This document shows, one piece after another, positions 1-8,081 of a stretch of 32,000 bases of DNA. The translations under genes and the position numbers were made by a program. This DNA comes from Propionibacteriaceae bacterium. Its GTDB lineage: Bacteria; Actinomycetota; Actinomycetes; Propionibacteriales; Propionibacteriaceae. The number at the start of each line of letters is the position of its first letter. The first letter of the stretch is position 1. Location: NCBI GenBank assembly GCA_031256725.1, contig JAIRQE010000011.1, forward strand, positions 1 through 32,000, written 5' to 3'. Under the pieces are notes generated by a model. The model saw nothing but the letters and a program-made list of their open reading frames with translations, did not search any database and was not told where the DNA came from.

Positions 1-765
1 CAGGATGCGCGCGCTGATTTCCTCTATGCCCTGAATATCTCTGATCTCCTTCACGAGGGATTTGCAGTTGTCAGCAACCAGATTGAGTACCAAGCACCAG
101 TCTTCTTTTCCCCGGAACCTCTCGGTGTCGATGTGACGGTCATAGACCTCGATGACGAGTCGGTCACGCTGGCATGCCAGATCTTCCAATCGGAACGCTC
201 CGTGGCGATCGCCCGTACCATTGTGAGCGGATGGGATGTTGACACTGCAACCCGACGGGCACTCCCGCACAGTGCCCGCGAGGTCTTTTCCGACCTCATC
301 GAACCAACCACACCCCTGCGCGAGATCCAGTGGGCGGACATGGATTCTCATGCGAAGGTCTCCGAGATGAGGGTACGCTGGTCTGATCTGGATGCCTATG
401 GGCACGTCAACAACGCCATGATCTTTGATTACGTGCAAGAGGGTCGCATCACTTTCACTGCTGCTCCGCTACGCGGAATGGAGTCCAGTGGCGACCCGGA
501 CTACCTTTGGTTCCTGGCTCGCCAAGATGTGTCCTACCACCATCCGATTAACTTCCGTCGTGAACCCTATGTGGTACGCACGGGCATCGCCAAGATGGGT
601 CGTACCTCGGTTACCTTCTCATCCCAGGTTGATGACCCCACGACGGGTACGATTTGCGCGAGGGCTACTGCTGTGGCGGTTTTCGCTGACTCAAAGGGGG
701 TTCCTACTCCTTTGACTGACCAGTTACGTCATGACCTTGGGGTTTATCAACTGGGTCAAGGATAG
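1..765 (+). CDS. Tandem (double) hotdog-fold acyl-CoA thioesterase, 4HBT/YbgC-like; the 5' end lies outside the window
   Basis: Frame 1 is open from nt 1, with no stop before the track ATG at 133, so the listed 133..765 ORF starts internally. The upstream part (QDARADFLYALNISDLLHEGFAVVSNQIEYQAPVFF...VDVTVIDLDDESVTLACQIF) reads as most of a first hotdog domain. A second complete domain follows with the 4HBT signature RVRWSDLDAYGHVNNAMIFDYVQEGR. Confidence 0.75.
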   Translation, partial: QDARADFLYALNISDLLHEGFAVVSNQIEYQAPVFFSPEPLGVDVTVIDLDDESVTLACQIFQSERSVAIARTIVSGWDVDTATRRALPHSAREVFSDLIEPTTPLREIQWADMDSHAKVSEMRVRWSDLDAYGHVNNAMIFDYVQEGRITFTAAPLRGMESSGDPDYLWFLARQDVSYHHPINFRREPYVVRTGIAKMGRTSVTFSSQVDDPTTGTICARATAVAVFADSKGVPTPLTDQLRHDLGVYQLGQG

Positions 766-796
766 GTACAACCCTGCACAGGTTTCTTGTCAGGAG

Positions 797-895
797 GGCG
801 GTGTCAGGGGACGTATCGCGCGACACATTTTCAGATCTGGGGATCCTTGAATAACTGACGATGATCTGTCACAAGATACGTCCCCTGACACCGCC
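797..895. repeat. Perfect 21-bp inverted repeat with a 57-nt spacer, in a convergent intergenic gap
   Basis: GGCGGTGTCAGGGGACGTATC (797-817) is the exact reverse complement of GATACGTCCCCTGACACCGCC (875-895). The heptamer TGTCAGG/CCTGACA occurs twice on each side (788, 802 / 884, 894). Confidence 0.9.
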
Positions 896-912
896 TGACA
901 CTGTCCTGGATC

Positions 913-1431
913 TTAGGCGTACCGCCGGCCATGCCATTCGAGCCAGCCATCTTCGTGGCGGCCATCGGGGTCATGGTGGGTCCAGTGGATCGTACCTCCC
1001 TGCTCGGTGTATACGTACTCACCATTGAAGCCCACACGGTCACCCATCGAGATCCCATTCACCCTAGGCGCTAAATCGATGTTGTGGGCGATAAGGAGGG
1101 TTTGACCAGAGTCGAGTTGGAGGATGAAGCGTTGGTGGCGGGAGCCATCCTCATCATCAGCAAGTACACGGGAGACCGTCCCTGATCCACTCACCTGTAT
1201 ATCGGATTCGCGCCTGCTGAACAATTGGCCCAGAAGTCGGTCAGAATCAGCCGATCTTTCAGGATTCGGGCCAGGGTCCCGAGTGGGGAGATTTGCCGTC
1301 TCAGAGGTGGTTCTGCCCTCGCATGAGGGGCATTCAGCAGTGGCGATCCCCAAGGAGTACCCAACACCTATGCAGACGACAATGAGAACGATGACAGCCA
1401 GTATCCGCCACAGGCGTTGTTGAGTATTCAT
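913..1431 (-). CDS. DUF3465 family protein with an N-terminal membrane anchor
   Basis: VSGSGTVSRVLADDEDGSRHQRFILQLDSGQTLLIAHNIDLAPRV...GEYVYTEQGGTIHWTHHDPDGRHEDGWLEW matches the conserved DUF3465 core (SRHQRFIL..GQTLL.AHNIDLAPR...GG..HWTH.DP.G.H..GW). I place the start at ATG 1431 (MNTQQRLWRILAVIVLIVVCIG, a TM helix). The track's TTG at 1488 would put a hairpin inside the coding sequence. Confidence 0.85.
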   Translation of the reverse strand: MNTQQRLWRILAVIVLIVVCIGVGYSLGIATAECPSCEGRTTSETANLPTRDPGPNPERSADSDRLLGQLFSRRESDIQVSGSGTVSRVLADDEDGSRHQRFILQLDSGQTLLIAHNIDLAPRVNGISMGDRVGFNGEYVYTEQGGTIHWTHHDPDGRHEDGWLEWHGRRYA

Positions 1432-1457
1432 AGAAACAAGTCTAGTGATAAATGAAA

Positions 1458-1486
1458 GTCCCCCCGCACGTTGATGTGCAGGGGAC
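1458..1486 (-). terminator. Hairpin plus U-rich tail downstream of nnrE (minus strand)
   Basis: On the minus strand: GUCCCC-U-GCAC [AUCAAC] GUGC-GG-GGGGAC, followed by UUUCAUUUAUCAC. The stem is 6+4 bp with a small internal loop. Confidence 0.4.
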
Positions 1487-1629
1487 AATCGAATTATCGC
1501 TAGGTTAGCCCAGGGTGGTTCCCCTTCGAGTCCAAGGCAGTGCTAGGAGTCCTATCCCGAGGAGTACGAGAATCGGCGGCAATGGTGGGTACCACTGGGG
1601 TCGGCTCCGGGGTTGGTGTATCCGTCGGC

Positions 1630-2292
1630 TTAGGAGGAATTCGGTTTTGTCAGGTATTGATAAATCCCAATGTCTTTAATAACGATAATTCCTGCAAGCG
1701 TTGATCCTGGTTCTTGGGTGAGTCCGACTTTGGTGAAGGCGAAACTCACAGTGGCGTCAGCTTGTACTGCTGCCCCGGGAGTCTGTCCAGTGTCTGCTGA
1801 GACTCCACTAGGTATATCGATGGCAAGGACTTTGGTGCCAGCTTGTCTGTGGGAGTTGATCCAAGTGATGGCGTCAAGGAATTCGCCGCTGGGGGTCCGT
1901 ACCGCGCCTATTCCGAAAAGCGCATCAATAATGGTCGTTAGCTTGCGGTGGCTTTTAATACTAGAAAAAGTGGTGATAGGGGCGTGATAACTCGTGGCAA
2001 TAAGAATTTGTTTGCGAGTCTCAGGGGTTTGTTTTTCTGAATCTCCAACAACCACTATGTGGACATTATGTCCACGTAGGTGGAGAAGACGGCCGATCGC
2101 GATGCCATCGCCCCCATTATTCCCAGGTCCACAGATGATTGCGATCTCATCCAGGTTGAAGTTTTCAGATTCCAAGACTTCAACTGAGGCTAGGGCAGCG
2201 CGTTCCATGAGTACCAAAGAAGGCATGTGGTGGTTCGTGATGGTATTCGCGTCGAGATCCTTCATCTCGGTTCCTGTGACCACTGTTTTCAC
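1630..2292 (-). CDS. nnrE: NAD(P)H-hydrate epimerase (YjeF N-terminal domain only)
   Basis: MKDLDANTI...MPSLVLMERAALA...IAIICGPGNNGGDGIAIGRLLHLRGHNV is the YjeF_N signature. GTG start at 2292 is preceded by GAGGAGGA. At 220 aa it has no fused dehydratase (NnrD) domain. Confidence 0.85.
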   Translation of the reverse strand: MKTVVTGTEMKDLDANTITNHHMPSLVLMERAALASVEVLESENFNLDEIAIICGPGNNGGDGIAIGRLLHLRGHNVHIVVVGDSEKQTPETRKQILIATSYHAPITTFSSIKSHRKLTTIIDALFGIGAVRTPSGEFLDAITWINSHRQAGTKVLAIDIPSGVSADTGQTPGAAVQADATVSFAFTKVGLTQEPGSTLAGIIVIKDIGIYQYLTKPNSS

Positions 2293-2391
2293 AGATCCTC
2301 CTCGGCTTATTCTTATGACAGTCTAATAATGCGGAGCCTTATCGGCGGTACCATGGTTGATGAGTCCACAAGTCCGACAATGAGAGTCGTT

Positions 2392-3342
2392 ATGTCAAAC
2401 TGGAATGAAAACACTGGGGTCCCACAACCGAACCCTGGGCAGTACCCAGGACAGGTACCACCTGCCCACAACCCCAGTTCGGGGCAAATGCCCCCAGGAA
2501 GCTATCCTGGTTTTTCTGGAACCCAACCACAACCGGGCTTTCAACCTGCGCAGTATGGTGCCCAACCCTCTCAGTCGGGGCCAGCCCAGCCACCCAGCGG
2601 ATTAGTGCCTGGGGGTCAGCAGCCATTGTACGTACCCCCTCAGGTTCCTTATGGAACACAGCCGCAGTACGCAGCGCCGCAACCCCCATATGGGTCTCAA
2701 CCAGGGTTTGGGCCAGCGAGTCCCTATGCCACCCCACCGAAGAAGAGTTCGACCGGAGCTACCATAGTCAAGGTTTTGAGTACAGTAGTCACGATTATTG
2801 TTGCGGTTGTAGTCATCAGTGGAGTGCTCAGTTCTATGGGGCGCGGTTCCTTACCCTCGAAGCCGCCCAACCCAACTTATACGCCCAGGTCCACCGATGT
2901 GGAGCCATCAATCCCAAGCGGTCCTATTGCGATGAATGACACATTGACGGTCAATACAGCATTTGATGGCCAAATTGGGTTTACTATTATTGACACAGCA
3001 CAAACCTTCACTGGTTTCGGTACAACCGAAGCCCAACCTGGATCAGTGTATGTGTCAGTCCCGGTTGAGGTTGTCAATCTGGGGTCCCAGATCTATTTCC
3101 ACACAAACGACACTACCGTTCTGGTTGACACCGAGGGTACGACCTATGAAGTCGACACAGCAGCCATGATTTCAGTACCGGTTTCCGATGTTGGATTCAA
3201 CGCCTTCTTCTTATTGACGCTCAGTCCTGATGAGTCTAAACGAGGAGCCTTTGTCTATGAGGTACCACAGGACAAGGTCGCAGGAGCCATGCTTCGCCTC
3301 AACGTCGACAACAACCCCATCGACATGATCATCGGGCTATAA
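2392..3342 (+). CDS. Pro/Gln-rich single-pass membrane protein with a C-terminal DUF4352-like domain
   Basis: N-terminal low-complexity PGQ/PQY region, then a TM helix (ATIVKVLSTVVTIIVAVVVISGVLSS). The extracytoplasmic part reads GSVYVSVPVEVVNLGS...TTVLVDTEGTTYEV...LSPDESKRGAFVYEVPQD, typical of DUF4352. The track start at 2227 overlaps nnrE on the other strand. I prefer ATG 2392 (GAGAG lies 5 nt upstream); 2353 and 2380 are also possible. Confidence 0.7.
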   Translation: MSNWNENTGVPQPNPGQYPGQVPPAHNPSSGQMPPGSYPGFSGTQPQPGFQPAQYGAQPSQSGPAQPPSGLVPGGQQPLYVPPQVPYGTQPQYAAPQPPYGSQPGFGPASPYATPPKKSSTGATIVKVLSTVVTIIVAVVVISGVLSSMGRGSLPSKPPNPTYTPRSTDVEPSIPSGPIAMNDTLTVNTAFDGQIGFTIIDTAQTFTGFGTTEAQPGSVYVSVPVEVVNLGSQIYFHTNDTTVLVDTEGTTYEVDTAAMISVPVSDVGFNAFFLLTLSPDESKRGAFVYEVPQDKVAGAMLRLNVDNNPIDMIIGL

Positions 3343-3429
3343 AGAAGTCACGAGGAGACAGGATAGCCGCGCTGAGAAGAAGGGTGAGACATTACATCTA
3401 TGTGATAGGTGGAATGAAATACTTTTCCC

Positions 3430-4140
3430 ATGACTTTGCATACTCTAGGACTCATTGGCGGAATCACCTATCATTCAACCGTCAACTACTACATGGGTAT
3501 TAACAATGGTGTAGCTGCGGCATGTGGTGGACATAACTCGGCTCCTCTGATTATTTCTTCGCTGAACTTCCAGCAGGTGCGTGGTTTTCAGATGGCTGAG
3601 GATTGGGAGGGGGCCGCTGATTTCTTGACCCATCACGGGAGTCTTCTTCGTGATGCAGGAGCAGAAGCCATCGTCATTTGTGCGAACCTGATGCATAGGA
3701 CAGCCCCGCGACTTGAGGCTAGTCTTGATATCCCCGTACTCCATATTGTTGACGCTATTTCTGTGGTTGCCCGTGAGCGAGGGCTGTCATCCATGGGGAT
3801 CATGGGTACAGGGTGGACGATGAGGGAACCCTTCTATGCTGATCGCCTGCAGGCTAATGGGATCCGTCCTGTGCGCGCCAGCGATGATGACATTGCCATC
3901 ACGGATACCATCGTTTTCGATGAGCTAACCCAAGGAATTGTTCGCGAAGAATCACGGGCACAGCTACTCGGTGTGGTTGACAGGCTTGCTGAAGCTGGAG
4001 CCGATGGGGTGATATTGGGATGTACTGAAATACCCATGATCATTTCGCAGGCTGACAGTGATGTACCTCTCATTGATTCAACTCAAGCCCATGTTGCGGC
4101 CGCAGTGAACTTTGTTCTCAGTGATGTTGAAAAGCCTTGA
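3430..4140 (+). CDS. Aspartate/glutamate racemase family protein (YgeA-like amino-acid racemase)
   Basis: LGLIGGITYHST..YY N-terminus, an ANLMHRTAP segment, and ADGVILGCTEIPMII (second catalytic-Cys motif GCTE), in a 236-aa protein. Confidence 0.85.
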   Translation: MTLHTLGLIGGITYHSTVNYYMGINNGVAAACGGHNSAPLIISSLNFQQVRGFQMAEDWEGAADFLTHHGSLLRDAGAEAIVICANLMHRTAPRLEASLDIPVLHIVDAISVVARERGLSSMGIMGTGWTMREPFYADRLQANGIRPVRASDDDIAITDTIVFDELTQGIVREESRAQLLGVVDRLAEAGADGVILGCTEIPMIISQADSDVPLIDSTQAHVAAAVNFVLSDVEKP

Positions 4141-4231
4141 TGACCAGTATTTGAATAGGCGTCATGAGGTCATGGTAATGAGGAGTAGAGTCGCGGTAAT
4201 TGTCCATTCACAATCATCCAAAGGAGTATAG

Positions 4232-5680
4232 ATGGACTGGATAGAAGCGGCCAATTCCGCGATCAACAGTTTCGTGTGGGGTCCAGTGATGCTGATCTTC
4301 ATCGTTGGAGTTGGGGTCTACTACTCCTTCCGACTGGGGTTCTTCCAGATCGCAAAATTCGGAACCTGGAATAAAAACACTCTCGGCCTCATTAACTTCA
4401 GAAAGAAGACAGAGCCAGGCAAGGTATCCCCCTTCCAAGCATTCTCCACCGCTATGGCAGCCACTGCTGGTGTGGGTAACCTGGTCGGTGTCTCAACCTC
4501 GATCATCCTTGGTGGTCCTGGTGCAATCTTCTGGATGTTTGTCTCTGGTGTCTTCGGCATGATCACCAAGTTTGCTGAGATCACACTTGCTGTACGCTTT
4601 CGTACCCGTGACAAGGCTGGAGATGTTGTCGGCGGCCCGATGTACTACATCTCCCGTGGCCTGGGGAAGAACTGGAAGTGGCTCGCGGTTTTGTTCTCGA
4701 TCTTTGGGGCGATCTGCGCCTTTGGTATTGGGAACATGACTCAGATCAATGCGGTCATTGGTACCTCCTCCCAGATGTTTATTGACCTCGGTTGGATGAC
4801 TGTTGCTCAGACTGAAGGATTCGCGACCTACAAGCTCATCTATGGCATCATTCTTGCTGTCCTCGTGGGTCTGGTTATCCTTGGTGGACTCAAGCGAATC
4901 GGCGCTACTGCTGAACTTCTTGTTCCTTTCGCTGGAATCTTCTGCATCATTGGCTCACTTGTTGCCATCGTGATGAATGCCGATCAGTTCGGTGCTGCTG
5001 TCGTGTCGATCTTCCAGGGTGCCTTCTCTGAGAACGCATTGGTTGGTGGTGTCGTGGGTTACGCAGTCATGAATGCCATACGATTTGGGATCGCCCGAGG
5101 TGTGTTCACGAATGAGGCAGGCTTGGGTTCTGCTCCTATCGCGCACGCTGCTGCTGATGTTGAGCATCCCGTACAGCAGGGCATGTGGGGTTGTTTCGAG
5201 GTCTTCGCTGACACCCTCATCATGTGTACCCTTTCCGCGCTGGTCATCCTGACCTCAGGTGTGTACACCTCAGATCCGCTGAAGTGGATGGAAAGTGGGG
5301 ATGGTGCAGCTTTGATCAGCCAGTCCTTTTCTGCCTCTTTTGGTACCTTCGGCTCAATCTTCATCGCAATCTGTACCCTCATCTTTGCGTATTGCACAAC
5401 CTTGAGTTGGTCGCTCTACGGTGTGCGCTGCTTCCAGTACCTCACCAAGGGTCGCGGAATTTTTGGGTACCGCCTCTTCTTCTGTTTGATCGTCGTTGTT
5501 GCAGCCGTGATGCAGCTCACCCTCGCTTGGGATATCGCTGACACGCTCAACGGTCTCATGGCCATCCCGAACCTTGTCGCTCTGATTGGGTTGTCCGGCT
5601 TGGTGGTCAAGATCTACCAGGATTGGCGCAAGGGTACCAACGAGTACTCAACTGAGGTCACGGATGCCGAGACCCAGTAG
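4232..5680 (+). CDS. Alanine/glycine:cation (Na+) symporter, AGCS family
   Basis: 482-aa polytopic protein. INSFVWGPVMLIFIVGVGVYYSFRLGFFQ, SPFQAFSTAMAATAGVGNLVGVSTSI, GGPGAIFWMF and FTNEAGLGSAPIAHAAA are hallmark AGCS segments. AAAGGAG lies 6 nt upstream of the ATG. Confidence 0.9.
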   Translation: MDWIEAANSAINSFVWGPVMLIFIVGVGVYYSFRLGFFQIAKFGTWNKNTLGLINFRKKTEPGKVSPFQAFSTAMAATAGVGNLVGVSTSIILGGPGAIFWMFVSGVFGMITKFAEITLAVRFRTRDKAGDVVGGPMYYISRGLGKNWKWLAVLFSIFGAICAFGIGNMTQINAVIGTSSQMFIDLGWMTVAQTEGFATYKLIYGIILAVLVGLVILGGLKRIGATAELLVPFAGIFCIIGSLVAIVMNADQFGAAVVSIFQGAFSENALVGGVVGYAVMNAIRFGIARGVFTNEAGLGSAPIAHAAADVEHPVQQGMWGCFEVFADTLIMCTLSALVILTSGVYTSDPLKWMESGDGAALISQSFSASFGTFGSIFIAICTLIFAYCTTLSWSLYGVRCFQYLTKGRGIFGYRLFFCLIVVVAAVMQLTLAWDIADTLNGLMAIPNLVALIGLSGLVVKIYQDWRKGTNEYSTEVTDAETQ

Positions 5681-5700
5681 GTAATCTCTTGATAGTAAGG

Positions 5701-5727
5701 ACCTGGTCGCCACAGTGGCGGCCAGGT
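5701..5727 (+). terminator. Intrinsic terminator after the AGCS gene
   Basis: ACCTGGTCGCC [ACAGT] GGCGGCCAGGT forms an 11-bp stem with one G-U pair, followed by TCTTCCTTATTGT. It starts 21 nt after the stop codon. Confidence 0.6.
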
Positions 5728-5760
5728 TCTTCCTTATTGTGGGACAAATATGGCCAGAAA

Positions 5761-5778
5761 CAGTATCAACAGTATCAA
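5761..5778. repeat. Tandem 9-bp direct repeat (CAGTATCAA x2) upstream of the LURP-one-like gene
   Basis: Exact duplication read directly from the sequence, 48 nt upstream of ATG 5826. Confidence 0.9.
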
Positions 5779-5825
5779 GGTACGGAAAAACCACCACAGG
5801 TGTAAAACTGTGAGATCATGGAAAT

Positions 5826-6314
5826 ATGGCTACGTATTACATCAAGCAGAAAGTACTCTCCCTCCTCGACCATTTCACTGTGAGAGATGCCTCAGGTAGG
5901 GACTGTTTTGTGGTTGAGGGGCAATGGGCTCTCATGAAGAACCTTGTACTCAAAGACATGAACGGTTCAGAATTAGCGCAGATCAAGGGGAAGTTTGCGT
6001 TGTTGACCACCTTTGAGATCTATCAAGATGGGGTTCTCAATGCCAAGGTACGTCAAGAGTTTTCTTTCCTGAAGACGAAGATCAGTGTTGAGGGGCCGAA
6101 CTGGGATATTGTCGGCAACTGGATGAGTTCCCAGTTTAATATCACTGACATGGATGGTGGTCAGCATGCCAGCATCAGTAGAGAATTGTGGACCTGGGGC
6201 GATTCCTATCGTATCGACATCGCCGATGGTGAGCCAGAGATTCTCTTGCTCTGTGTAGTGATTGCCATTGATGCCATCCTGGAGGCTATGCAAGCTTCCC
6301 ACAGTGCTTCCTAA
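5826..6314 (+). CDS. LURP-one-related / YxjI-like (tubby C-terminal-like fold) protein
   Basis: YYIKQKVLSLLDHFTVRDASG...FVVEG...FEIYQDG...FSFLKTKISVEGPNWDIVGNW...SYRIDIADGEPEILLLCVVIAIDAILE follows the family pattern as I recall it from B. subtilis YxjI. Confidence 0.75.
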   Translation: MATYYIKQKVLSLLDHFTVRDASGRDCFVVEGQWALMKNLVLKDMNGSELAQIKGKFALLTTFEIYQDGVLNAKVRQEFSFLKTKISVEGPNWDIVGNWMSSQFNITDMDGGQHASISRELWTWGDSYRIDIADGEPEILLLCVVIAIDAILEAMQASHSAS

Positions 6315-6617
6315 TGATTCTTTACATGCGCAGTACGTTGGTAAGTTTGCCATCTTTAATGGGGTGTCAACATGGTTGTCCCCAATGATCTTCTTGTCAC
6401 AACGGTCACTGGACTCGGCCTCCATCAATAGATCATCACCTATACCCTGACCGGGAAGAACACTGGAAATGTCGATCTGGATCCCGTTCAACTCAGTGAT
6501 GATCGTTCAGGTGTTCTTTGTTATGCCAGTCAGGCCGCCTTAGCGTTGTGGGTATTACATCGAAGTAGTAAAGGGATATAGTGGATCATAGATTTCGTGC
6601 TGAGTGAAGGAATCATC

Positions 6618-7670
6618 ATGCTGAGTGCTTTTGGGGTGTCCACTATTGTGGCCATCATTATTGGTGGTGGGCTGGCTATTCTGGCTTTTCTTCCTATGGT
6701 TGCCTATCGGTATAGAAAAGTTGGCCGCTTGAGATTCCTTGATATGGTTCTGCTTCTTGGGGTCGTGATCTATGCCATGACCTTGTGGACCTACACCCTC
6801 GTACCATTGCCGGAAACTGCTGATTACACCTGCGCTTCCGCGAATTTCTATCCTTTTGAGTTCGTGAAAGAGGTGATCAAAGAAGGGTTGCCCATCACAC
6901 ACAACAGGTCACTGTTTCATGCCTTCTTCAATGTCATATTCTTTATTCCACTTGGGGCCATCCTGCGGTTTCTTGCCCATAAAGGGATTGTGTTCACAAC
7001 CCTCATCGGTTTCGGAGTTTCAGCTCTGATCGAAACGACACAGTTGACTGGAATCTGGGGGATCTACAAATGTGCATACCGCTACTTTGATGCAGATGAC
7101 CTCATTTTGAATACTTCGGGAGCCTTACTTGGGTCCCTCATTGGTATTCCTGTTGCATGGCTTTTCGGAAAGTCTCGTCCACTACCTAAGGTCACAACAG
7201 TTACCTTTGGTCGCCGTTTTGTGGGGATGGTGGCTGATGTGATAGCCATCGGCTTTATCGGCTTCCCGACCGCAATCGCATGGCGTGCTGTCCAGTTGTA
7301 CCTCCTTGGTGTGCCTGCTCGTGAGATGGTGCCAACAATGGATCAGATCTTCTTGTTCGGTGTACCAGGACTCGTCCAACTGTGCTTTGTGCTCATTGGT
7401 GGGCGTACTTTAGGTGAGACCATTGTGCAACTCAGGCCTGTACCTTCGTCTCGCATGGTGGTTATCTCACGGATTATAAAGTACATAACTGGTGTCGGTG
7501 GTTTCGTTATTTTGGCCTCTGATCTTGTGCCAAATATCTGGATAATCCTTGGATTCCTCCTTGTCACCTTGGTATTCGCTGCTCTGGGAGATCATCGAGG
7601 ACTCAGCCACAAGCTCGCTCGGATGGAGTTGGAAATTGAGACGAACGAGCCGGAGTCGAAACTGGACTAG
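6618..7670 (+). CDS. VanZ-like / RDD-domain fusion membrane protein
   Basis: N-terminal half: NVIFFIPLGAILRF...ALIETTQL...RYFDADDLILNTSGALLGSLIG (VanZ motifs). C-terminal half: RRFVGMVADVIAIGFIGF...GGRTLGETIVQLR (RDD domain). I prefer ATG 6618 (GAAGG lies 7 nt upstream) over the track's GTG 6597. Confidence 0.75.
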   Translation: MLSAFGVSTIVAIIIGGGLAILAFLPMVAYRYRKVGRLRFLDMVLLLGVVIYAMTLWTYTLVPLPETADYTCASANFYPFEFVKEVIKEGLPITHNRSLFHAFFNVIFFIPLGAILRFLAHKGIVFTTLIGFGVSALIETTQLTGIWGIYKCAYRYFDADDLILNTSGALLGSLIGIPVAWLFGKSRPLPKVTTVTFGRRFVGMVADVIAIGFIGFPTAIAWRAVQLYLLGVPAREMVPTMDQIFLFGVPGLVQLCFVLIGGRTLGETIVQLRPVPSSRMVVISRIIKYITGVGGFVILASDLVPNIWIILGFLLVTLVFAALGDHRGLSHKLARMELEIETNEPESKLD

Positions 7671-7731
7671 ACTGTGCCAAAACTTCCGTTGCTTCGGTTT
7701 TCGTAGCAATGAGTGATAGGTGGCTCGCGAA

Positions 7732-8067
7732 ATGGACGACCTTGGTTTCGGGTTGTGGATGACGCTCTTTGGTATGGGTACAGTTTTCGCCCTGCTCTTT
7801 CTGCTCATGGGAATCCTGTGGCTTATCGGATGGGAACCCCGTCGAAGCTCAGACCACCAGGTTCAAGACCCAACACCGACCACTGAAGCGGGTCTGGGTG
7901 CTGACTTGTCGGCTGCCATCATGGTTGCCATTGCTGCGTATAGACGGGATCAGGGTGGTACGCCAACAAAGACCCGTCAGATTCGACGGATATCCGAGAT
8001 GAGCAGGTGGGGGCAGATTACTAGGAGCATGCAACACCATCATCTTCCACATCGGGGCCAAGACTAG
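7732..8067 (+). CDS. Na+-translocating decarboxylase small membrane-anchor subunit (OadG / MmdD / GcdD-like)
   Basis: GFGLWMTLFGMGTVFALLFLLMGILWLIGW is the OAD_gamma-type N-terminal helix, and AAIMVAIAAYR occurs in the tail. It is the first gene of the carrier-beta cluster. ATG 7732 is preferred over GTG 7720. Confidence 0.7.
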   Translation: MDDLGFGLWMTLFGMGTVFALLFLLMGILWLIGWEPRRSSDHQVQDPTPTTEAGLGADLSAAIMVAIAAYRRDQGGTPTKTRQIRRISEMSRWGQITRSMQHHHLPHRGQD

Positions 8068-8081
8068 AGAATAGGGTAACA

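Noticed and set aside
2227-2391. Track start at 2227 for the DUF4352 protein, and similar extensions at 24141 (hisF), 16232 (rluB), 29999 (birA) and 30100 (maf).
   Set aside because: These extensions overlap neighbouring genes, have atypical Arg/His/Cys-rich composition, and precede internal starts that match the conserved family N-termini.
5973-6491. A 172-aa minus-strand ORF (TTG start) spanning the 6315-6490 spacer and the 3' half of the LURP-one-like gene.
   Set aside because: Two-thirds of it is antisense to a gene with a clear family pattern, and it has a non-ATG start without an SD. Only its spacer-encoded part is noted, as a possible gene remnant.
7679-7701. A weak hairpin, AAAACTTCCG TTGCTT CGGTTTT, after the VanZ-RDD gene, considered as a terminator.
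   Set aside because: Only three G-C pairs plus A-U pairs with a bulge. Too weak to call from sequence alone.
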